The position numbers and the translations under genes are program-made. This document shows positions 1 through 6,177 of a stretch of 16,953 bases of DNA, in pieces. Under the pieces are notes generated by a model. That model ran no database searches, was not told the DNA's origin, and was given only the letters and a program-made list of their open reading frames with translations. Within the stretch, counting starts at the first letter, position 1. Each line of letters starts with the position of its first letter. Origin of the DNA: a virus (lineage: Duplodnaviria > Heunggongvirae > Uroviricota > Caudoviricetes); the IMG/VR virus record IMGVR_UViG_2529293063_000008. One strand, given 5' to 3'.

Positions 1-190
1 ATATGTCCTGCAATATCTTCGTGCGCTTCATCTGCTCGCGTTTATTGAGCCGGTATGTAAGCACACCGAGGATAATGCTGAACGCGACACCGATAATGAA
101 GCCCCAATCCTGCAATGACAGGCTGGCAAAGAACGCAGCAAGACCAGCGCTACCATAAGATGCACTGCTGTATCGTTCATCCATCTTCAT
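1..190 (-). CDS. Holin (class II / pinholin-like), 5' part only; gene continues past the window start
   Basis: Minus-strand ORF from ATG 188-190 running off the window: MKMDERYSSASYGSAGLAAFFASLSLQDWGFIIGVAFSIILGVLTYRLNKREQMKRTKILQDI. Dual-start MKM motif, two hydrophobic segments, basic tail, SD GAGGT about 8 nt upstream. Absent from the ORF track because it is truncated. Confidence 0.5.
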   Translation of the reverse strand, partial: MKMDERYSSASYGSAGLAAFFASLSLQDWGFIIGVAFSIILGVLTYRLNKREQMKRTKILQDI

Positions 191-240
191 ATCTCTTACC
201 TCGCAATAGTTGCTGAGGTTTCGGCTTGGAAACTATATGG

Positions 241-271
241 CAAAAATAACCCCTACCAAAAACGGCAGGGG
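241..271 (-). terminator. Putative intrinsic terminator between methyltransferase and holin
   Basis: On the minus strand CCCCTGCC-GTTTTTGG-TAGGGG can form a GC-rich hairpin followed by TTATTTTTG. Confidence 0.35.
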
Positions 272-285
272 AATATATTCTCCAG

Positions 286-1362
286 TTACTCAAATAACTT
301 TTTCACTTCATCAACTGTCTGAAGATAACGTTCGCTCTCAATCTCAATACCTATTGCCTGACGTCCTAACTTCAGCGCAGCTTTAATAGTTGAGCCTGAT
401 CCCATAAAGAAATCGGCAACGATATCTCCGGGGCGTGAACTACTCTTTATAATATGTTCCATCATCGCTGCAGGTTTTTCACATGGGTGCTTGCCAGGAT
501 AATATTGCACAGGAGGAAACTCCCATACATCGGTATAAGGTACATCAGCAGTAACATGAAATGGACGGCGTAAATTTTCATACTGCACCTTCAAATCATC
601 ATACTGCTTCTTTACTTCCTCATAATGTAATTTCAGATCGCTATAACGCTTTTCATGTTCTGAATAATCAACATTAAAAGGATATGGACACTGGACACCG
701 AGTGAATCTGCCTTCCTGCGAAATAATTCGCATAGTTTATTAAAATCAATTAATGATGGAAGCCGCCACTGCGAATAAGAAAACCAGTGTGAACACATCT
801 GCTTTCCTGTCGCTGAATTAATGTCTGCGGCTGATATATCTAACTGACGGCGAGCCAGCGAAAAAGCATCAATTAGTGGAGAAAAAATATTTTTTCTTAA
901 ATCTGCACATTTTGAAGCATAACCTGACTGACCTTTCGCATAACCTGACGCGCCGTAATGCTCTGCAAATAATATTCTTTCAGTAGCAGGAAAATAAGCC
1001 CTTAAACTTTCTTTATGACAACCGCGCCACATACCACTGGGTTTAGCCCAAATGATATGGTTCAGAACATTGAAACGGTCGCGAGTTAATAATTCAATTT
1101 TTGACGCAAGGCGAGAGCCGGTAAACATATACAGGCTGCCATTAGGGGCCAATATCCGCCAAAATTCTGCCAAAAATTCGTCAATCCACCCCAAAAAGTC
1201 AGCATCGCTATCCCACTGGTTATCCCATGCGTTAGCCTTTACGCCGAAGTATGGTGGGTCTGTTGCAATCAAATTGACCGAGTTATCAGGGATGGTTTTG
1301 ATAAATTGCAGAGAATCTGCGCAAACGAGTTGCGCGCCATGAATATTAGTGGTTTTGAACAT
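286..1362 (-). CDS. DNA methyltransferase, beta-class amino-MTase (N6-adenine or N4-cytosine), orphan (no restriction partner seen)
   Basis: DPPY motif (ATDPPYFG) near the N-terminus and FxGSG motif (FFMGSGSTIKAA) near the C-terminus, i.e. motif IV before motif I. Start taken at ATG 1362 (MFKTTNIHG...); the longest ORF starts at ATG 1407. Confidence 0.8.
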   Translation of the reverse strand: MFKTTNIHGAQLVCADSLQFIKTIPDNSVNLIATDPPYFGVKANAWDNQWDSDADFLGWIDEFLAEFWRILAPNGSLYMFTGSRLASKIELLTRDRFNVLNHIIWAKPSGMWRGCHKESLRAYFPATERILFAEHYGASGYAKGQSGYASKCADLRKNIFSPLIDAFSLARRQLDISAADINSATGKQMCSHWFSYSQWRLPSLIDFNKLCELFRRKADSLGVQCPYPFNVDYSEHEKRYSDLKLHYEEVKKQYDDLKVQYENLRRPFHVTADVPYTDVWEFPPVQYYPGKHPCEKPAAMMEHIIKSSSRPGDIVADFFMGSGSTIKAALKLGRQAIGIEIESERYLQTVDEVKKLFE

Positions 1363-1454
1363 AGCTATTATTTTTTTGCCTGGGTAAGCTAACCCGGCGA
1401 TGCGCATCGCGGGTGGGCTTTAGGTTCAGCCTATAGCTCTGGCATGGGTTGACC

Positions 1455-1480
1455 GCAGGACAAGCTGCAACTTGTCCTGC
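1455..1480. promoter_or_regulatory. Perfect 10-bp inverted repeat GCAGGACAAG-N6-CTTGTCCTGC upstream of the methyltransferase gene
   Basis: Arms at 1455-1464 and 1471-1480 are exact reverse complements; located 50-100 bp upstream of the MTase start codons. Confidence 0.3.
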
Positions 1481-1497
1481 GCCCACTTTTCAGGCAC

Positions 1498-1519
1498 AAA
1501 AAAACCGCCATAAAGGCGG
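1498..1519 (-). terminator. Intrinsic terminator (minus strand)
   Basis: CCGCC-ATAAA-GGCGG hairpin (1505-1519) next to an A7 run (1498-1504) on the plus strand, i.e. hairpin plus U7 on the minus-strand transcript. Confidence 0.5.
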
Positions 1520-1558
1520 CTTGTTAGCTGTTGGGTACAAAAAACCCAACTTAACAAA

Positions 1559-1587
1559 ACAATAACTAAAAACCGTCATTTTGCCAA
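1559..1587 (-). promoter_or_regulatory. Candidate sigma70 promoter (minus strand) feeding a short leader that ends at the 1498-1519 terminator
   Basis: On the minus strand TTGGCA (-35, 1582-1587), 17-nt spacer, TATTGT (-10, 1559-1564). Confidence 0.25.
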
Positions 1588-1605
1588 GCTTTTTCGTTTT
1601 TGTGC

Positions 1606-1625
1606 TGTGCGACCGTGGTCGCACA
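1606..1625. repeat. Centromere-like palindrome, copy 1 (TGTGCGACC-GT-GGTCGCACA)
   Basis: Core TGCGACCGTGGTCGCA has 7-bp arms and a 2-bp centre; the same core recurs at 5900-5919 and 8345-8360. Same architecture as my recollection of the F sopC SopB site TGGGACC-AC-GGTCCCA. Confidence 0.5.
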
Positions 1626-1629
1626 GTTT

Positions 1630-1857
1630 TTAGAAAGTTGCCTGCTTATATTCATCGGTCAAAGAATATCGACCAGACCCGCTACGCTTTGCAATCCCAA
1701 AACAGATCATCTGTTCGATGATAAATTCAACGGCAGCCTGACTCAAAAAACAGGCTTCGCTTAACTCTTTCAGGGAAATGCGTGGGTATCCACGCATAAC
1801 ACATTCCACACTCAGGGCCGCTTCAGTCATATTTCCACGAATTTCATTAATATTCAT
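1630..1857 (-). CDS. Small putative winged-helix DNA-binding protein (75 aa)
   Basis: ATG at 1857 with SD AGAGAGG 5 nt upstream; C-terminal ...IIEQMICFGIAKRSGSGRYSLTDEY resembles a recognition helix plus wing. Followed by the 1498-1519 terminator. Confidence 0.55.
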   Translation of the reverse strand: MNINEIRGNMTEAALSVECVMRGYPRISLKELSEACFLSQAAVEFIIEQMICFGIAKRSGSGRYSLTDEYKQATF

Positions 1858-1870
1858 AACGCCTCTCTAA

Positions 1871-2092
1871 TCAATCTTGAAACTGGAAATCAACATCAGC
1901 CATAAAGCGGTTCAACTCAGCCAGTTTTGGCCCCATAGTCCCAACTAAGCGACCAGCCAGTCGGTCTGCTAGGTTGGTACTGTTGAAACCATATTCCTTT
2001 TCGAAACGTTCAACCTTCTGCCACAACTCATACAGTTCGTTAGCTATCTCCGCAACGTCGTCGCGCATTTTTTCGTTACCTTGATAATTCAT
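1871..2092 (-). CDS. Hypothetical protein (73 aa)
   Basis: Start moved to ATG 2092 (MNYQGNEK...), which has SD GGAGGA 5 nt upstream; the longest ORF begins at 2110 without an SD. Forms a tight pair with 1630-1857. Confidence 0.5.
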   Translation of the reverse strand: MNYQGNEKMRDDVAEIANELYELWQKVERFEKEYGFNSTNLADRLAGRLVGTMGPKLAELNRFMADVDFQFQD

Positions 2093-2180
2093 AATATCCT
2101 CCAAATTCATATAGTTAGTGGGTTATTGCCCCTCAATGACACGAACTGTAACTCTGCCAAACGAACACATCCAGTGTTAT

Positions 2181-2200
2181 TTTTCACTTTTTAGTGAAAT
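2181..2200. promoter_or_regulatory. Palindromic candidate operator TTTTCACT-TTTT-AGTGAAAT in the toxin-antitoxin promoter region
   Basis: Near-perfect inverted repeat 58 bp upstream of the toxin start, in the divergent intergenic region. Confidence 0.35.
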
Positions 2201-2257
2201 TTTTAATTTGCGCTGTTTTCTTGTTTTGGTGTATTTTATGGATATGGAGGCTATAAT

Positions 2258-2569
2258 ATGTTTAACGTGATAACCCACCCTGCAGCACTGGATGAACTGC
2301 TTGAACTACCAGATGATTTGCGAGGTCGCATGACCAGATTAATTGAGCGACTGGAGAAAGAAGGCAACAAACTGAAGATGCCCCATAGCCGTGTAATAGG
2401 TGGAGGGCTTTTTGAACTACGAGTAGGGGATAAAAACATCGCAAGAACGCTGTACGCCTACGCGACTGGTAACGAAATTTATCTATTGCATGCATTTGTA
2501 AAAAAGACACAGAAAACACCGGTGAAGGCTATCGAAATCGCCAGAACTCGCCTGAAGGAGATGAACTGA
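2258..2569 (+). CDS. Type II toxin, RelE/HigB-fold, gp49-like family
   Basis: 103 aa, SD GGAGG 7 nt upstream. Sequence ...GGGLFELRVGDKNIARTLYAYATGNEIYLLHAFVKKTQKTP... matches my memory of HigB/gp49-type toxins. Toxin-first order with a 1-nt overlap (TGATG) to a downstream HTH gene. Confidence 0.8.
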   Translation: MFNVITHPAALDELLELPDDLRGRMTRLIERLEKEGNKLKMPHSRVIGGGLFELRVGDKNIARTLYAYATGNEIYLLHAFVKKTQKTPVKAIEIARTRLKEMN

Positions 2570-2856
2570 TGAAAGCGAAAGGCATCCCGTTTAACGAAGT
2601 AAAAGAAAAACTTCTCAACACTCCAGAAGCCATCAAAGGATATGAAGAGGCCGATAAAGAGCTGGAGATGGTCGAAATGTTATACGAAATGAGGGAAAGA
2701 GCAGGTTTAACGAAGTCAGCTCTGGCTGAACGAATGGGATTGCGCCCGTCAGCTATCAGCCGCCTGGAAAGCAATCCTTTAGGGGCAAGCATGAAAACTT
2801 TATCAAAATATGCCCAAGCATGCGGTGCAACGATTAATATTAATGCCGTCTATTGA
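2569..2856 (+). CDS. HTH (XRE-family) antitoxin, HigA-like partner of the gp49-like toxin
   Basis: 95 aa; HTH segment LTKSALAERMGLRPSAISRLE; SD AAGGAG 9 nt upstream; start overlaps the toxin stop. Confidence 0.8.
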   Translation: MKAKGIPFNEVKEKLLNTPEAIKGYEEADKELEMVEMLYEMRERAGLTKSALAERMGLRPSAISRLESNPLGASMKTLSKYAQACGATININAVY

Positions 2857-2873
2857 TTAGACCCTTTTCGCTA

Positions 2874-2895
2874 CCCCGTCCGGAAGGGCGGGGTG
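2874..2895. terminator. Hairpin between convergent genes (possible bidirectional terminator)
   Basis: CCCCGTCC-GGAA-GGGCGGGG stem-loop between the antitoxin stop (2856) and the stop of the minus-strand 72-aa gene (2900); flanking T-runs are weak. Confidence 0.4.
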
Positions 2896-2899
2896 TGTA

Positions 2900-3118
2900 T
2901 CAATGATGTAAACTCTCAACAGCAATAACTTGTTGGCAATTCTGAGCTATCTCCCGCGACATACTAACAAGTCGTGAAATCTCGCCAAGATGCAAGCTGG
3001 CTTCTGGAGAAGCCAGAGCAACGCTAACCAGATCCAAAACGGCGTCGATGTCTTTTAGGTTTGATCCGAGTTCTTCAAGAGTTGATACAGGTGCTTCAGT
3101 CATTGAATCTAATACCAT
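2900..3118 (-). CDS. Hypothetical 72-aa protein, candidate SOS-regulated gene
   Basis: ATG at 3116-3118; promoter region 3119-3187 contains a LexA-box match and an operator-like 17-mer. Protein MVLDSMTEAPVSTLEELGSNLKDIDAVLDLV... is acidic and has no motif I recognise. Confidence 0.5.
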   Translation of the reverse strand: MVLDSMTEAPVSTLEELGSNLKDIDAVLDLVSVALASPEASLHLGEISRLVSMSREIAQNCQQVIAVESLHH

Positions 3119-3142
3119 TTAATTAAAAAAGGTTATTTGATA

Positions 3143-3158
3143 CTGTATAAAATTACAG
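3143..3158. promoter_or_regulatory. LexA (SOS) box CTGT-N8-ACAG
   Basis: TACTGTATAAAATTACAGGG (3141-3160) matches the E. coli SOS-box consensus TACTGTATATATATACAGTA in both CTGT/ACAG arms and the AT-rich centre; 25 nt upstream of the 72-aa gene start. Confidence 0.6.
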
Positions 3159-3168
3159 GGTAAAACTC

Positions 3169-3185
3169 AAATTTTATAGCCAGCT
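3169..3185. promoter_or_regulatory. Distal copy of the repressor-operator-like 17-mer AAATTTTATAGCCAGCT
   Basis: Exact 17-nt identity with 7098-7114 in the cro/repressor intergenic region. Confidence 0.5.
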
Positions 3186-3187
3186 TT

Positions 3188-3342
3188 CAATGGATTAACT
3201 GGTTAAATATCTTTGTAGTCCGATACTTATGTTCCCTTCCTGCGCCTCGCCCAACCACTTCCAAAAGCCCATCACCACCATCAGAAAAGCTCTTTTCGCT
3301 CCGTTTTCGTATCATTTCAAAAAGCAATGCCTTTTTGTCCAT
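3188..3342 (-). CDS. Small hypothetical protein (51 aa), below the ORF-track size cutoff
   Basis: ATG at 3340-3342 with SD GGAGGGG 4-5 nt upstream; translation MDKKALLFEMIRKRSEKSFSDGGDGLLEVVGRGAGREHKYRTTKIFNQLIH; stop at 3188-3190. Confidence 0.3.
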
Positions 3343-3352
3343 TTACCCCTCC

Positions 3353-3364
3353 GTGACCAGTCAC
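3353..3364. repeat. Palindrome GTGACCAGTCAC (GTGACYRGTCAC family, copy 1)
   Basis: The same 12-mer occurs at 8592-8603 and as its reverse complement within CCCCGTGACTGGTCACGGGG at 13196-13215. Confidence 0.4.
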
Positions 3365-3687
3365 ACTTTGAGCGCAAGTTTCAGCCTCGTGGTTGTAAGG
3401 TGGCATGAGCCTTCACCATCAAAAATGCATTCTGAAACAGGCATTCTTTGACCACATCGCGGACAAGTAGTAGATAGCTGTTTCTGCAACTCCTTATAGT
3501 TTTTCCTGATCAGCAGTCCGATGACTTCGTTCTCTGAATATGGAACTCGCCCTGGTCTACGCAATACACAAATTTCCCCCAACATACGTAACTCGTCAGG
3601 TTCCAGAATCCAGTCCCGTCTTGATGTGCCTTCCTTCTTCAACCGTTCCCTGCGTCTCCTTTGCCGTTCTGCAGCTGTCAGCGCCAT
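3361..3687 (-). CDS. Small basic protein with C-terminal zinc-ribbon-like CxxC motif (108 aa)
   Basis: ATG at 3687 with SD AGGAGG; N-terminus AERQRRRRERLKKEG is highly basic; C-terminus has CPRCG...C.H. Confidence 0.55.
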   Translation of the reverse strand: MALTAAERQRRRRERLKKEGTSRRDWILEPDELRMLGEICVLRRPGRVPYSENEVIGLLIRKNYKELQKQLSTTCPRCGQRMPVSECIFDGEGSCHLTTTRLKLALKV

Positions 3688-3702
3688 AAATCCTCCTGAA
3701 AA

Positions 3703-4362
3703 TTACTTAACCCAATTAACTACACCGCCAGCGGCCACAACCGCTTTTTCACAGTCACGCTCATATCTCAAAGGTTGAAATACACCATCAATAAAATATT
3801 TATCTCCACCACATGCTGCAGGAAGTGAAACAGAAAACTGAATATGACCATCCGGAGTTACCGGAGAGTTGCCAGCCTCATACGCGACCCTTATCCAGTG
3901 CATAAGCATTTCTGTACTTACACATCCACAATCAACATCAATTTTGTCATGCTGCTGTTCCAGCCATTGCTCAAAAGTTAACTTGTAAGTTTGGCTTACA
4001 GGTTTGGCTTCCAGTTCTGCTATGTGATTTTTGGCTGATTCCAACTCAATCGACAATTTTTCCAACTGCTCTTTATGCTTTTTATATTCCTGATATGCGT
4101 GCCAAGACTGACCTTTGCGCACACTATCAGTAATATCAGTAATCTGTTCTGGTGTTAGCGTGGTCAGTGGCTGTGTTGGGAAAATAAGCACTTTCCCGGA
4201 ATCCCAATCAAAACCAGCGTGAATTGACTGAACCTCAACTGAAGGTGTTGAACCAATGCTGCCAGGCGAATGAACAACGATTGTTACATCCATATCGCGA
4301 CGATGGCTGTGGTTGTTGGACAAAATACGATTCACCAACTCAGAAAATTTGGAAAATTTCAT
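3703..4362 (-). CDS. Hypothetical phage early protein with central coiled-coil (possibly Ea22-like)
   Basis: 219 aa; ATG at 4362 with SD AAGGGGG; its start overlaps the upstream stop (ATGA). Coiled-coil-like KEQLEKLSIELESAKNHIAELEAK; family assignment is from memory only. Confidence 0.5.
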   Translation of the reverse strand: MKFSKFSELVNRILSNNHSHRRDMDVTIVVHSPGSIGSTPSVEVQSIHAGFDWDSGKVLIFPTQPLTTLTPEQITDITDSVRKGQSWHAYQEYKKHKEQLEKLSIELESAKNHIAELEAKPVSQTYKLTFEQWLEQQHDKIDVDCGCVSTEMLMHWIRVAYEAGNSPVTPDGHIQFSVSLPAACGGDKYFIDGVFQPLRYERDCEKAVVAAGGVVNWVK

Positions 4363-4649
4363 GCTGATCCCCCTTTCTCTGCTCTCTCCTGTCGGAACAT
4401 CACTATCATCAGGTCGCCTTTTGTCGCTATCCTGGCTGTTGTACCTGGTTCAATGCGGCCAAGTTCAAATGCGTCATAGAACGCCTCCAACGCTTTCTGG
4501 CGTTTTTCCTGTTTGCGGCGCTTTCCCCACTGCTTTAGAAAAACAGAGGCCGCCCACTTCCCCGCACTGAACATGATGTAAAACCAACCGAGAAGTGCCA
4601 GACCGGTATTTAGGGCCATATCGATCGTTATCGTGGTGTCGATATTCAC
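4359..4649 (-). CDS. Small membrane protein (about 96 aa)
   Basis: Start chosen at GTG 4647-4649, preceded by SD AGGAGG with a 7-nt spacer and overlapping the upstream stop (TAGTG); ATG 4619 is an alternative. Hydrophobic segment LALLGWFYIMFSAGKWAASVF. Confidence 0.45.
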   Translation of the reverse strand: MNIDTTITIDMALNTGLALLGWFYIMFSAGKWAASVFLKQWGKRRKQEKRQKALEAFYDAFELGRIEPGTTARIATKGDLMIVMFRQERAEKGGSA

Positions 4650-5068
4650 TACGCCACCTCCTGAAAATTTCCCTGATAAAACGCCAACACACGCTGCATA
4701 ACTTCGCTCTTCCGACAATCGTGACAAATCATGTTCAGGCGCCTGTCGTAGCGACGTATTTCTCCGTCAGGTAATGACCAGATAAGGTCTGGATCAACCA
4801 CTACCGATTTCTTCGGCTTTACTCTTGATAGTTTTTTACGGGCGTTTTGCCAGTCCTTGCGTGCTTGTGCAGACAGAAATATCCCGGAGCCAGAGATATA
4901 CAAATCACCACTGGCAGCAAGCTCTCTTGATAAACGACTAACAGCACACCGGCTAATACCAGTTTCATCCGCAAGTTGCCTAACCGTTCCTCGTCCATTC
5001 AGGCGCACGAGTTCCACAATTTGTTTATTCAGTTCTTCCCTCTGTTCTGGTGTAAAAGCCTTTGCCAT
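4649..5068 (-). CDS. HTH DNA-binding protein (139 aa)
   Basis: ATG at 5068 with SD AAGGAG 7 nt upstream, overlapping the upstream stop (TAATG); HTH-like RQLADETGISRCAVSRLSRELA. Confidence 0.6.
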   Translation of the reverse strand: MAKAFTPEQREELNKQIVELVRLNGRGTVRQLADETGISRCAVSRLSRELAASGDLYISGSGIFLSAQARKDWQNARKKLSRVKPKKSVVVDPDLIWSLPDGEIRRYDRRLNMICHDCRKSEVMQRVLAFYQGNFQEVA

Positions 5069-5667
5069 TACGATTCTCCTTGCCCTTTTACAAGACGGGA
5101 GAAAATTGCAGATACATATTTAGCCTGATGAATAGCATCAGCCAGGGCATTGTGTCGTTCGCCATCAAATGGCATATCTTTTTTAGGATTAAAACCAATA
5201 AACTGACCAAGATTAACGATTGTTCGAACATCCTGATCATTAAAATATTCCCACGGACAGGATAAGCCAACGCGCTCATAAGCGCCGCGTAAAATTACAT
5301 TATCGAACGTTGCTCCATTTCCCCATACTTTCAATGTTTTTAAATTACAAGCATGGCAAGTAATAAAGTGTGATAATTCAAAAAGTGCATCATTAATATC
5401 AAGGGCATCATTAGTACAAATTGCGGCTCTGGCTTCCTTGCTCTGCCGCAACCACCATAAAATGGTATCACCATCGGCAACACCACCATTTAACATCGAG
5501 CTTCTGAGATTCACTGGTACATAAAAAGTGGCACCTAATTCCTCACTTTCAGGAGAAAAAAACACTGCCCCGATAGAAACAATTGGAGCACATGTATTAG
5601 TACCCATTGTTTCAAGGTCAATCATTACATCAGACCGTTTCCTGTCGTAAATTATCTGATTAGTCAC
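5068..5667 (-). CDS. DEDDh-type 3'-5' exonuclease (DnaQ-like fold)
   Basis: 199 aa; Exo I-like MIDLETMG near the N-terminus and Exo III-like HNALADA near the C-terminus; GTG start at 5667 with SD GAGGAG 8 nt upstream (ATG 5625 is an alternative). Confidence 0.75.
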   Translation of the reverse strand: MTNQIIYDRKRSDVMIDLETMGTNTCAPIVSIGAVFFSPESEELGATFYVPVNLRSSMLNGGVADGDTILWWLRQSKEARAAICTNDALDINDALFELSHFITCHACNLKTLKVWGNGATFDNVILRGAYERVGLSCPWEYFNDQDVRTIVNLGQFIGFNPKKDMPFDGERHNALADAIHQAKYVSAIFSRLVKGQGES

Positions 5668-5690
5668 GAATAATTCTCCTCAATGTTTAT

Positions 5691-5864
5691 CTATGCCCAA
5701 AACTTCTGTTGATATGTTCTGGATGGTTTTGGTGCTCTTTCTGATTCAGGTAAATGAACATAAACGCAATATCCATCACCTAAAAAATCAGAACGAACAA
5801 CCAGAACTTTCTTACCACGCCGCCGATAAGTATCTGAAAGACGCTCTGCCTCATCATGCGTCAT
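5691..5864 (-). CDS. Small hypothetical protein (57 aa from ATG 5864)
   Basis: The longest ORF begins at GTG 5918 inside the 5900-5919 palindrome; ATG 5864 (SD AGGGG) and ATG 5894 are more plausible starts. Confidence 0.4.
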   Translation of the reverse strand: MTHDEAERLSDTYRRRGKKVLVVRSDFLGDGYCVYVHLPESERAPKPSRTYQQKFWA

Positions 5865-5874
5865 CGGCCCCTGT

Positions 5875-6177
5875 TTAAATGGCGTTATTTTCATTTTCTT
5901 GTGCGACCGTGGTCGCACCCTCTCTAATTTCCAGATAACGCTTAATCCAAAGATTTTCTATATGCTTATTACCTGGCTGATTTGATAAATACCAATCGGC
6001 AATTACAGACTGCTTATTACTATCGGGTCGTGTCCTGTAACCGCAAGTTGGACACCAGATGACATATTCATTTCTTACCCCCGAATACCTTAATTCTGGC
6101 TTCGACGGTTTCCTGAACATAACTTGTTTACAAAGGCAGAATGGCACTTCCTGCCCGATGGCGTTTGATGATTTCAC
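5875..6177 (-). CDS. Zinc-finger protein, possibly Lar-family restriction-alleviation protein
   Basis: Two Cys pairs (PFCLC ... CPTCGYRTRP) about 27 aa apart, followed by ADWYLSN, in the pattern I recall for Lar-like proteins. Start set at GTG 6177 (SD GGAG) so that both Cys pairs are included; overlaps the upstream gene by about 50 nt. Confidence 0.4.
   Translation of the reverse strand: MKSSNAIGQEVPFCLCKQVMFRKPSKPELRYSGVRNEYVIWCPTCGYRTRPDSNKQSVIADWYLSNQPGNKHIENLWIKRYLEIREGATTVAQENENNAI
5900..5919. repeat. Centromere-like palindrome, copy 2
   Basis: TGTGCGACCGTGGTCGCACC; core identical to 1606-1625 and 8345-8360. Lies inside coding sequence at the junction of two small genes. Confidence 0.5.

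Noticed and set aside
1052-1342. Plus-strand 96-aa ORF inside the methyltransferase gene.
   Set aside because: Antisense to a gene with conserved MTase motifs; no RBS; Ser/Arg-rich composition.
2251-2792. Minus-strand ORFs (2251-2439, 2262-2519, 2529-2792) overlapping the toxin-antitoxin pair.
   Set aside because: The plus-strand pair has strong SDs, coupled overlap and recognisable domains; the antisense ORFs do not.
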